In this document: piece after piece, positions 49,478 to 61,049 of the stretch
Numbering within the stretch: the stretch's first letter is position 1
Layout of the letters: every line of letters begins with the position of its first letter
DNA from: Euprymna scolopes
Lineage: Eukaryota
Direction: 5' to 3' (one strand)
Length of the DNA stretch: 64,000 bases
Assembly (NCBI GenBank): GCA_053919585.1
Contig: CM132792.1
Translations under genes and position numbers: made by a program
Notes under the pieces: model-generated
Told to the model about the DNA's origin: nothing
Database searches by the model: none
The model's input: only the letters and a program-made list of their open reading frames with translations

Positions 49478-50334
49478 AATATATATTAAATATTTTTCAG
49501 TATCAACCTGCATATGTTGTCTTAACTGGGAATCATCAGTGTGGCTATGTATATCTGTCAGTCAACTTGAACTTTCGATCAAAGTTACCTTTGACTTCTA
49601 TCCAATATCTTTGCCCTTACAGTTACTAAGACAGCAATACGACTAAGAAAATGAAATATGTATAGTCATCAAATGAATAGTTATCGTTCAGACATGAGTT
49701 ATGCATGTATACTTTTAACATCCATTTGGGTTCTTTTTATTTTAGTGCATGTGTGTTTAGGGATTTGATGTCATTTGATATGTCTTGTTTTGTTTGGTCA
49801 AACTGCCCAACCATTTGGGAATAGTTGTTTTTGCTTGACACTAAATTTGTCCGTATACAATTTGAGTCTAAAAGCTAATTTTGTTTCACCTATTTAAACA
49901 TCCTGTACAAATGATGTCATAGACATTTGGCATTGCAAAAGGGGGGGAATGTATTACTAAATGTTGACAAACCAAACATGTACTTTGTCGGAATATTTTT
50001 TTGTGTGCTGTGACTTTTTTGTAGATGTGGTAAGAGTTAATAAATTGGCTAGTTGTAAGTTTTGTATCAGTACATGTTTATTTTAGAGACATTGTTTAAT
50101 TGAAGAATTAGATGAGTACCTATGTTAGTCATGATTAAATACCATGAGAATGCAATCTTTTGTAATTTTATATTTACAGTTGTCTGTCTGTGGATGCTGT
50201 TTTAAAATTGATTTAACGAGTTTATAAAGATAGTGACTCGGGTTGCGTTGTCTTAATTTATCGATGTTGGGTATAATCATGAGGATCTGTGCAAATGTGT
50301 TTGATGCATATGATGTCACTATGCTATGTTCTTT

Positions 50335-50860
50335 TTTTGTATTACTCGGACTGCTGTTCTCATCTTGAGTGTTATTTTCACGTTTTGTCCGATGTAATCT
50401 TAAAAATTCTTCAGGTGTATCTTGTTGAACTCTGGAATCTTTGTCGAACTCGGGACTCTACAAAATTTTGAATGAAACCCTTATTTAATAAATAGGAATA
50501 GTATGCTCTTGTTTCGTCAGCCATGACCAGGTAGAAGTCTTAAGGACGTAACACATAAAGTATTAACATCCAGTTTTAAGCGACGCTCTTCTGGGGGTTG
50601 AAGGTTCAATCCTCATTTACTGCGATATCAAGAATACAATTGCAAATTACTTGAGACTTCTACCTCGTCATGGCTGATTGAACAAGAGCATTCTACCTTG
50701 ATGGATTAAATAAAGGGTTGCATTTGAAAATCAGATTCTAGAGTTCAACAAGATACACCTAAAGAAGGTTGGAGGTTACATCAGACAAAACATGAGAATA
50801 ACTATCAAGATAAGAACAGTAGTTCAAATAATACAAATTATTAATCCTCATCGAAAAGAT
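50335..50860 (+). mobile_element. tRNA-head/Penelope-tail element (50545-50860) preceded by an inverted copy of its own tail (50335-50543)
   Basis: Inverted arms e.g. TTCTTCAGGTGTATCTTGTTGAACTCTGGAATCT / AGATTCTAGAGTTCAACAAGATACACCTAAAGAA and TCAGCCATGACCAGGTAGAAGTCT / AGACTTCTACCTCGTCATGGCTGA; B-box GGTTCAATCC at 50603-50612. Confidence 0.72.
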
Positions 50861-51595
50861 TCAAAAAGAGGTTTTTCTTTTGTGACGGGAACTTGATTTT
50901 TCCCACCTACTTAAAACACGAAATAAATAAAACAAGCAAAATAAACATGGTTTCTAATTTTGTCCATGTAGAGAGGCTAGCAAATAAAGCAAAAAAAAAA
51001 AAAAGATTCAATACATAAAATATATTGGATTTAAATTGAACAGTTCATGAAAGCATTTACTTTGGTGTAGTAGTAGTAGTAGTAAACAACAAAATAAATG
51101 CTTGGACATTATCACAGATATACTGACTGGTACCGATGCCTGATTGAGGACAAACTCCTGATGGTCAATAGTGACTGATGAAAGAGTTTTTGTACCAAGG
51201 AACACTGAAGACTAAAAATGATACAATGTATTTAGACAAAAATGTGGTAATGCTCTCCTCTGAATCCTAAAACCTGAATGATTTAAATGGATTTCTTTCT
51301 GCCCGTTTATATAAGGTTTGTGTGTTTGCCCAAATTTCAATTGAAATGATTGATTTTGAACCTTGTATTTTCTATTTTTAATCTGATACAAAACCAAAAG
51401 TATTGGACATCTAGTGGGAATTCAACTTTTATTAGTTTGCTTGAATTCATATAATAAGAACCCAAAGATTGTGTCCTGAAGTGTAGACCGTTTTATTACC
51501 ATTTCTAAATTATTTTCTAAAATATTGGCTGAATAAGAAGTTTATTCCACTTGACCGTTATCTGCATATGCTTCATTGCTGTTTATCTTTTAACC

Positions 51596-51732
51596 AATTT
51601 TAAACGAACATAAACATATTGTTTATATCTTTTCTAAAAAATTTTAAACGAACATAAACATAAACATATTGTTTATATCTTTTTGAAAAAATTTTAAACG
51701 AACATAAACATATTGTTTATATCTTTTCGAAA
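51596..51732. repeat. ~44-bp tandem repeat x3
   Basis: Unit AATTTTAAACGAACATAAACATATTGTTTATATCTTTT(CT/TG/CG)AAAA. Confidence 0.9.
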
Positions 51733-52385
51733 AAGGGTTGATCAGCATGATCAGATATTTTCCTATGATAACCGAGTGTACATCGTTTAAAAAGATTTAG
51801 AATTTAATTATGACTTGAAATTTTCTCATTAAGTAATTGTACTCATGTATATATAAAGTGTTTTGGTTTCATATTTTGTAGAATTAGTTTCACTATTTTT
51901 TTCTGTTATGAATGAAATAACAAAAGCTTTGTTTAGTATCTGAAGCACTTGCAAGCCCAACTTTGATTTATTATAATTTGAATATTTATGTTGTAGGGAT
52001 GGAGACTTTTTTTTTCTAGTTGAGGTGGAAATGTTTAAAAGAAATGGAACCTTGCATAATTTTTTTTTCTTAGAGAAATGCAATTGTGGAGGTGGTAGTA
52101 GTAGTGTAAATGTTTGATTTGTCAATGATGAATTTCTTTTGAGCCACAGTCCTGTATACAATTAACAGAAATTCATTTTTTTTTTTTTGATTTAGGATAC
52201 ACAGATGCACCCGTTAAACAGTTTGAATCTCTCTCTCTCACACATCTTTTTATCATTTTTCTTTTACCTCCTATTCCCCTTACCTCACCCTTTTTTTTTT
52301 TAACCAAGTAAGATCTGTTGACTTAATTGTAGTTTCATTAAATACTTTTATATGCAAAATCCGATCCCGCATTTTGCTCATTCCT

Positions 52386-52436
52386 GCCCTCTGATGAGAA
52401 GGAGAGTATTTCTTCGAAACTCCACGGATTAAGGAC
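52386..52436 (+). ncRNA. Type I hammerhead ribozyme motif (Penelope-like pLTR relic), two helix mismatches
   Basis: GCCCT-CTGATGA-GAAGGAG(AGTA)TTTCTTC-GAAA-CTCC(AC)GGATTA-AGGAC: both core boxes intact, 7-bp helix II, short helix III, helix I. Confidence 0.72.
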
Positions 52437-53251
52437 TATCCACTTATCTTGTGCTTCCTTTTTTAAGATTAAATGTTTTTAACTCTATATATATTAAGAT
52501 GTAAGAAAAATGATAATTATTTTATTTTGAATTTCATCTAAGTAAAATATGTTTGGAAAACTTTCAATTTAAATTGCAAACCTTAAAAAAAAATTTGCAA
52601 AAAAATTCATGCCACTAAAAAAAAAAAAAAAAAAAAAGTAAATGCTTGGAATCATTTTTCTTGCAGGATTTAAAAAATTTTTTATAACAAAAAGAATTTA
52701 TCTACTCTTAAATATTTTGAGAAACGTTTGTATTTATACATTTGTATAAACAAAACTTAAATTAACAAATGCAATTTTTCAAACCTGGAATTTTATATTG
52801 TCGAAGCAAACTATTTGTCTATCTTGCCAATCAGTTTTTGGAATTGAAAAAAAAAATTCATATTTTATGTTAAATTCATATTTATTGTCAATTGAAAAAG
52901 TTTATAAAATTTTTATTTTTCATAATGTGGTTCTAACCCTTTTTGATGAATAAATTTGTGATAGATTTATGAAAGTTTTAGAAAATTCCAAAATAATTTT
53001 TTTCTTTAAAATTCATTTTTCTTCTCTGCCAAACATGTTTCAAATGTATTTTATCTTATTTCTCTGAGGTTAGCTAATTGTTTATAGATGAATCCTGCTT
53101 TGTTGTATTATGTCAATCTTAAATTGGGGTTTGTTATATTTCTGCTGTGGGTATATTTCATAATCTGATTTTACTTCCTTTCCCTGAAAAAATCACTTAT
53201 TTTTTTAAACATGAAATAAATATTTGGTTTTAATTTTTCTCTACTATTCAG

Positions 53252-53327
53252 GCTGCTATTTGGGATGCTTTGAACCACTATGCAGTTAAGGATGCAACCT
53301 TTCTGGCTGAAAGGCTATTTTCTGAAG
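53252..53327 (+). CDS. CDC27: CDC27 / APC3 coding exon 2: AAIWDALNHYAVKDATFLAERLFSE(V)
   Basis: 76-nt exon bounded by CAG| and |GTAACC; matches human AAIWQALNHYAYRDAVFLAERLYAE; phase 0 to phase 1. Confidence 0.95.
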
Positions 53328-53444
53328 GTAACCATTTAAAATTTTTTATTTTTAAGTGGATTTCACAAAAATTCAAACTTCACTCTTTCACTCCATAAAT
53401 ATTCTACTTCAGGCAGGAAAATTTGTTTTCTAAAAAATTTTCCA

Positions 53445-53878
53445 TCTATAATATTAATCTTACGTGTCTGTTTAAATGTGTGTATTATATTTGTATGTCT
53501 TCCTAAAACTTTTGACAGAGGTGACGGATTTTCACAAGATCGGTATCATTTTGAAGCTCGACCATCGGACAACAAATATCGAACAATTGGCTAAAAACAT
53601 TAATTCCTTCACCCTCAACTGGCCACTTTTCTACAGGGAGGGGTCGCTTTTTTCACCAATATTTTCGAAAGTCGTCATCTTTGACTAGCCTTAATTTAAA
53701 CCTATGTCACTTCTGGTGTGGCGATAGGCGCAACAGCAAAGACATCACCTTTTTTTTTTTTTTTTTTTTCCATGTTCTTTTCCTCTTTCGCTGTATGGGT
53801 TACCTGCCTACTACCACTTATTTCTTTTGCTTAACACACACCTCCAAACACCCGGGCAATGCCAGGCATCAATGCTAT
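53445..53878 (+). mobile_element. Non-autonomous Helitron (same family as 29526-30694)
   Basis: A|TCTATAAT start; shared GTGACGGAT..GATCGGTATCATTTTGAAGC..AAAACATTAATTCCTTCACCCTCAACTGG; 3' hairpin CCCGGGCAATGCCAGG. Confidence 0.8.
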
Positions 53879-55374
53879 TTAGTTATAAACGATGAAATAA
53901 TTTTAAATGAAATTAGAAAATCTATCCCTAATTGTAAAATGGATTTGGGGATCCTGTCAAAAATATGCATTTAAATTTTTTTTTAAATTTCAATTTTATT
54001 AAGAATTGAAATAAAGTCTTGTGTTTAGTAGCATTTCTAATTGATTGGTTAATACCTAGTCAGAACTGAATATGGATTCATCTATTGAAATACTACATGA
54101 GTCTAGGTATGAGGGTTCAACTAGAAATTTTGATGAATTAGATTTTTGTGATGTAAACATCAATTTTGTTATAGTAACACTTGATATTCTGATTCTGCAA
54201 ATGTTAAAAAAAAAAATACCAAGAAGAATACTGACTACACCGTTGTTGCATGCGTCAGTCTCCTCATCTTGTAGAAAAGATCATCCAATGAATCATTTTT
54301 TATACGCTTAGTGTTCTCATCTCACAAGATGACGCACAATTTGAAAATTGACTTTCTTCTGAAAACTGATTTGCTCCCAGAACCTTAGGCATCCTGGGAG
54401 GTTCTGTGAAATTCTGTCCTCAAAGAATTGAAGATCTTTCTGAAAAGTTCTGTCTATTAAGTGAAAATTTCAGAACCTCATTGCACTGGCTCTATTAGAA
54501 ATAATTTTTAAATACGTACACACCATTCACAGAGTTCTTTATTTGTTGTGATTTAATCATTTCTTTTTTAAGTGTTGAGACATTATGTTGAACAAAAATG
54601 GCGGTAGTAAATCAAATCGGTGAAGAATCAATGCAGTCATGATCTTGAGTGTTGAGTAATTCTTTAGAACAAAGATGGCGGTGAAGAATCAAGGTAGTCC
54701 GGTTCAGTTGTTTCAAAACTGAGACTGGCAGCTGATTGATTTGCATCCAAAATTTTATATTTTTATAATGAGGCTTCTCATTGGTTTATTGTCCTAACCG
54801 TAGTTATAAGATCGTCTAATTGTTGGTAGTTATATACCCTCCATTATAATCAAAAACATTTTAGCATTTTTTGTTAACTACTTTATAGATTTGATTTGAA
54901 GGCATTGCCAGTTAAGGCTTTTGATACGTCAAGTGTGATTGCTCTAGTAACAAATCCATATCGCTTGTTACAAAGTAGATTACTAATTAAACTAATAAAA
55001 AAATTTAATTGTATGTTCGTTAGTATTATATTAGAAAAATGTTACTTTCTTTCATGCACGCATTTTAACAGATATGTTCTAGTTATAAAGATGCATTATT
55101 TGGCCTTTATTAGTGTAATCTGTTTACTATTAGAAATAATGATTTTTAAAATTATAATAATCCTTAATTTTATTTTGTTCTTTGTAATTTTTCACTTTAA
55201 TATACCAAATGTATTATTGCTTATAAATTTTACCAGAGAAAATGAAACAAAATTTAAAGCAACATCTAATTGCAGAATGTTTGATTAAACAATTTTTGTG
55301 TATTAATCCTTTTTTCATATGCTAATTCAATATCTACAAATTTTACCTTTTGTAATTAGGGTCGCCTACCCTAC

Positions 55375-55660
55375 TATCATCCGGTCCTGGATATGACCTT
55401 AAACTATATCCGATGGTGAGGCCCCAGCTTGTGGGCTTTGGGGAGTGTAGAGCTACCCTTTAATTGCCATTGCTCCCAGGTCCACTCTGACCTGGAGTGG
55501 TAGTACCTGTTAGGGTCCCAACAATGGGTTAAATAGAAACCGACTTGAAAAAAAAACAAAACAAATATTCTATTAAAAAAAATTTTCTTCAAAATCACTG
55601 GATTTGGCATTAAGTAACCTGAAAAGGGTTGATATGCTGTAAAATAAAAACAACCAACCT
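55375..55660 (+). mobile_element. SINE-like element (resembles abundant molluscan/cephalopod SINE body and tail)
   Basis: GTCCTGGATATGAC..TAAAC..GATGGTGAGGC..CTCCCAGGTCCACTCTGACCTGGAGTGGTAGTACCTGTTAGGGTCCC and tail GGATTTGGCATTAA..GTTGATATGC..(AACC)n; family assignment from recall only. Confidence 0.65.
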
Positions 55661-55689
55661 ACTATATCCAAAAAGATGTGACATCTGAA

Positions 55690-56460
55690 ATATTGTTCAG
55701 GATGTAACAAAACTTATCAAAAATGTTGTCAACAAGACAACTGATCCCAAGAACATTCCAATCATAGCACTCGACAAACCAACTTGAAATAACTCCTATT
55801 CTTACAAAGTTGTGGAATTGTTGCTTTTTATTACGATGAAAAATTTCATTGGTCTATCTTGTATTTAAAAATACTCAAGATCAGTCTTATGCATTTCAAT
55901 GCATGTCCATCAGTCTCCTGTACATCATGAGTTGTTTGAATCTGTAATAAAGCAAAAAGTTGTCAACCACCTTGTCAAAAGCCAATAAATGACAAGCAAT
56001 ATGGATTTTGTCCTGCAAGATCTACAACTAATGTGCTGACGGTGATATCACACAGGATCAGTGAATATGAGTGAATTTATTTTAGGGCGATAACTCTTGA
56101 TATATCAAAGGCTTTTAGCTTGTTAGCTATGGAGTACTAGAAAATGATATTTCTTGAAAGTAGTTGTTGGCCAAAAGTTTGAATCGCACATCAATGCCAA
56201 CATGCCTCAAGGATCCATTCTGAGCTAAACTGTCTTCCTGATTATCATAAATGATTTTGCAAATAATTTTATGAGATTATTTGTTGACATCTTCAAATAA
56301 CACAACTATTTATGGCAGTGTTTCAAAAATTAATTAATTGTGATTCTGTCTCTTCCAACTTGAAACATACTGTGTAAAGGGATGGGGTGTTTTGTTCCAG
56401 TTAACACCCATAAAAGCAAACTTTTCTCTTTTCACCCTCAACACTGATCATCACCTCTTT
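55690..56460 (+). mobile_element. Heavily decayed CR1-type RT fragment
   Basis: Remnants DKQYGF, LDISKAF, PQGSIL. Confidence 0.6.
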
Positions 56461-56479
56461 CTAGTCAAAATGAAGTCTT

Positions 56480-57970
56480 CTCCTCAAGAACAGTCAAAAA
56501 CAGGAAACGGGAGGGAATTCCAAAATCTAGCAGTAAGAGGGAAGAAACTATTAGGCTTTCGTCAGGCTTTCCACATCTAGAGACCTTAACGGTGAAGGGG
56601 TAGGATTTTGCTGCTTGTTTGGTTAGTCGGGAATAAGTATATTGAGGGGCACAACTGCTTATTAGACCACGTGTTATTAAAGTACTTGTAAAACGAATAC
56701 AGGCATGCAACACTGTGGCAATGAGATGGAGGTTGGCTGGTAGTGCGATACCTATTAGTTTATTTTTTTTTTTACCTCTAAAAATGAAAGACTGGCATTA
56801 GATGCACTGGCCCAAATGTAGCAACAATACTCCATGCATGGATGAATGCTGGTTTAGTTGAGCTGTAGTATACTCCTACGTGCAAGAAGTTTTCTCGCAT
56901 GGTAAAGACACCCCCCTTTTTGCAGCAGACTTGGCAACATCTATGTATGTTTTAATTCATGTTGCTTGTGAATGTTAGGCCAATGAGTTTGAATGTTGGA
57001 CACTCGGAAAGAATGCTATCAACCATGACAATTGGTAGTTGGTGAGGTTTCTTATTAAGGGAAAGTAGTTTTGTCTTAGTAGCATTAAATGTAACCATCT
57101 ATTTATAACCTCATACCACCACATACTGGAGACCATTTTCTAAAGATTCAGCCATTGCCTTGAATATCTGTGTATTAGATTTGCCCTCATGTCAAGAATA
57201 AAGTGTGATTCTATCAGCAAATATATTCATTCTCGGACACAATTGCATTTGGGAGATTGTTTATGAAAATTGAGAATAAAAGTAAGGATCATTCCTCTGG
57301 CGTAAAGCCCCATTAATGTCATATTGTTTAGATGTCTGGCTATTTAGGACAACCTGGGCCCTTTTTATTACTTGTCCAATTTTGTAAGAATAAATTTTCT
57401 TACAGACCTTTATACCAACCTTGTCAAAGACTTTGGATATATCAAGCACTATTGCCCTAACTTTACCTGACTTATCTAGTGTCTGGTTTATGCATTCAGA
57501 GATGACTGTTAGCATATCTGCAATAGAACGTGATTGCCTAAATCTATACTCTTGCTCAGACTTTTAGCATTTTACATGTTGCAGATTATTGTAAGATTAA
57601 GGATTCATGGATTTTAATGAAAAGCAGAAGACTCATGAGGGTGGGGGTGATAATTTTGTGCATCAGTTCTTTCACTAGAGTTCTTGAAAACTTGAACCAC
57701 AGAGGCCAGTTTATCAGAGCATTTTTTTATTACTACAACAGATATCGGATCCCCAAGCTTTACAAGTGTCAAGATTTTTTATATGATATCTACGACACAG
57801 GAAGGGATGATCCGATCAAGCATGGTTTCTGACCATAGAAATAGGGAATGATTTGTGGAGTTTAGAGCAAACTGTTGGTCATAAAATTCAGCCTTATCCA
57901 TTTCTATGCAAGCAATATCTTGATTGGATAATGGATCAATTATTGCCTATTGTTAACCACACTATTATAA
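56480..57970 (-). mobile_element. Decayed CR1-type LINE
   Basis: ORF 57261-57515 MLTVISECINQTLDKSGKVRAIVLDISKVFDKV, homologous to the 46.9-47.1 kb region; 3' part TARFWNSLP near 56520. Confidence 0.8.
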
Positions 57971-58510
57971 ATTCTTAAATTGTTAGTTTTTCATTTTTGT
58001 GACTATGAATTTTTTCGTCCTCTCTGCATATTAGTTATGTACAAATAATGTAAGCAACTATTCACAAATAAGGGGTTCCATAAATGTATGTCTGTTAATC
58101 TTTTATTCCAGTAATCCAGAAATAATTTGGAAATACCCATGAAAAAGGTTTCCAAGAGAGAAACAGGAAAAAAGGTTTGGGTTGAGAATGTAGAGTATTT
58201 AACATAGCAAGATTAAAATCTGAAATAACAATGCTACCAACATGTATCCTATATATAAAAAAGTTTCCCTGTGTATGTGGATGGAAGTAATAGATCTGAG
58301 TTTGAGAATGAAACTTTTTTACAACCTCCTGTAGGGAATGATTCTGAAGAGAAAATATTGAGCACTACTAAAAATTGAAGTGACCAAAACAAACTAATAG
58401 TTTCTGAAAACCTACATCAATAATTGGTTTAGATTGATGCCAAAGCAAATGTGTATGTTTTCTTTTGAACAGAAAACAATTACTAGTCGATAATATAGGG
58501 TAACGCTTTG

Positions 58511-58559
<49 letters not shown>

Positions 58560-58714
58560 CTTTGTTTAATTTAATCACAAATTAATATACGAAAGTATAC
58601 ATTTATGCGTAAACTTGAAGTATTTACTTCAACAGTGCTCAATACGTAGGTAGAAAGTTATAAATGCTTAATTGCCATATATATTTTATAACTTACTATA
58701 TATATTTTATAACT

Positions 58715-58758
<44 letters not shown>

Positions 58759-60129
58759 CAGACTTAATGCCTGTCTGTGTATTCCCTATGGAAAGATTAG
58801 ATAATCTACATAAAATTTAAGTGTAAAGTTTACCAGGGAAAACAATAGAAGTATTTTTGAATCTAAGTGCACCAATATGGGATTTATGAATGCATGATCC
58901 CTGTAAAATATATCCTATTTTGATGAAATTTATATTCTGTATAAAATTCTTGGGAAGACGATGGAAGTGGTCCTGAATATCTGTTACTCTGTGTTCTTAC
59001 CTTTGAAGTGACCTATGGAGATAGAAACCTCCTTAAAACTTCAAATATGCATATCAGATTTTTCTTGGTGTTTTTTCAAAAGTTGACTTTGATTCTACTT
59101 TCTCTCCCCGGTTATGTTTAAATAAAATGAAAGAATATATTCTTTTTTTAATGTAATAAAATACAAGTTAAGAATTTTCGTATATTTTTTACACAACACT
59201 TTTGTCTATCTTTCTGCATATGAAAGAGAGAATTAGATATAAGAACACCTCGCCATTAATGTGCTTGTCTGTCCATAATAATGAAGACTTACTAGGATGT
59301 GTGCCTTTTACATAAAAGTGCATTCATATCTATGATTTGAATGCAAACTTAATATGTAAGTAGTTTAGCATTTCTAGCTGCTGCTTAAAGGACTTTGCTA
59401 ACCTGTTAGAAAATAAATTAATCCATTTAAACAACATTTAGAGATTATATACAAGTTACGAATTGGTATAAAGAGTTGCGTCTTTAATGTTGAAAGTCCT
59501 ATGATTTTATTCAAATTTATTACTTTAGATACATAGTGATAGCAAAAAGTATTGATTTTTTTTTTTTTAATTGGCTAAAATTTAACAAAATAGACTAATT
59601 TGACTGTCAGTAGTTTATTTGCAATTATTTTGATATTTTTACATTTTTATACTTTGTGAAACTAAAGTAAAAACCTGAAAAGATTTTTGAAAAAATTTGT
59701 CAATTTCTTAAAGGAAAAACAAAGCATTTTAAAAATAAGATATATCAACAAAAATCTAAAATTTATTGCACAATTCCTCCTTTCTTTTGAATTACTCCTA
59801 GCATTTAATGGTAGAGGAATTGAAAAGACTAAAGGTCGCATAATGAAAAGGAAAATATACTGCTATATATCAACGAAACAAATGCAATTTATTTGCATTA
59901 ATATACAGGAAAGAGTGATAGAAAGAATAAGAGTTAGTAACGTTACTTGCGGTTGACTGGCTAGTCAGGAACGCGGTGGTGGCACATGGCTCCACCGGAG
60001 CGGTGTTTGTTTCATCTTGACTGGTCGAGCGTTCAGAGGAAAAGAGAGTGAAATATGAGAAACAGGAAGTGACGTAGCTAGGTCGCTCTCCTGAGTTAAA
60101 GGGCGATAGTTTTCTACTCCCACATGTTA

Positions 60130-60800
60130 TATTTGCAATTTTAGCGACTGGTAAGTTGTTTGCAGCAACTTTAACTCCCTCCCAGAAGTCACACTTGCTG
60201 TTGAAAAAGGATGAATATCTTTTGAGGCTGCTCCACAGATTCTCAGTAGGATTCAAGTCCAGTCCGTAAAAGAATCTTGAAGAAATCCTTTTTCTTTCAA
60301 CCGAGATTTAGTAAACTTTGATGCATAACTTATTGCATTGTCTCGCATAAAGGTCATACATCTATGCCTGCTTAAAGACTGATTCTCAAACCATTCAAAG
60401 AAATATTGCACTAGAAAATCGCGAAACCTTTGGAATTCATTTTAACTCAGTCTTTCACTTTAAATGGACCAATGAGTTCATTACCAATAATACCATATCC
60501 TGATCCCACTGCTGCTTGTTGGCATTAAAAAAATTGTTTTTAAGTTATGTTACTTGCAAATTCATGCCCATCCATCAAGGGTGATCCTTGATTTGTCTGT
60601 AAAAAATACTTTGATGAAATTGGTTTTCATGTATTTTTTGCACACTGCAATCTTTCTTTATCATTGATTTTTTTTTAAAATGGGTTTCTTTCATTTGATT
60701 TTTTTTTTTTTTACATCAACAAACTTAATACTTCGCATCTTGTTTTTGACACCATAGAAGCTACAACAGCCTCAAATATGAACTCAACACATTTAGATTG
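60130..60800 (-). mobile_element. Decayed Tc1-type transposase relic
   Basis: Minus-strand FTDKSRITLDG, IIGNELIGPFKV, FMRDNA, LNPTENLWSSLKR. Confidence 0.7.
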
Positions 60801-60869
60801 CTTATCAATTCTCTTCAGATATGTAATAGATGCTATTTTGTTAAATTTCTGAATTCAGCCTTAGAGCTG

Positions 60870-61049
60870 TTACTTTGCTGAAATAATGTTATTTAGAAAT
60901 CCATTTTTAAAATGGGAGGGGAGGGTGTTTTGTAATTCTGTATTTTTACCTAACAATTTAATAATAAAAAAAAAAATATTGTAAAACTTAAATTTAACTT
61001 AAAAATACTATTTTTAAAAATAGCATGGTAACATAAGTGCATAAGCACT
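60870..61049. mobile_element. Dispersed copy of the GGTACTTATGCA MITE family
   Basis: Same core as the 15-21 kb cluster; right end GGTAACATAAGTGCATAAGCAC. Confidence 0.8.

Larger units (their letters stand above)
14235..53251 (+). other. CDC27: CDC27 intron 1 (39,017 bp, GT-AG)
   Basis: Donor GTGAAT at 14235; acceptor TTTTTCTCTACTATTCAG ending at 53251; the flanking exons join in frame as QEPVQ|AAIW. Confidence 0.85.

Noticed and set aside
54595-54700. Repeated AA(A/G)ATGGCGGT..GAAGAATCAA motifs as a second promoter
   Set aside because: Short local duplication with no downstream exon; similar ATGGCG motifs occur in several MITEs here.
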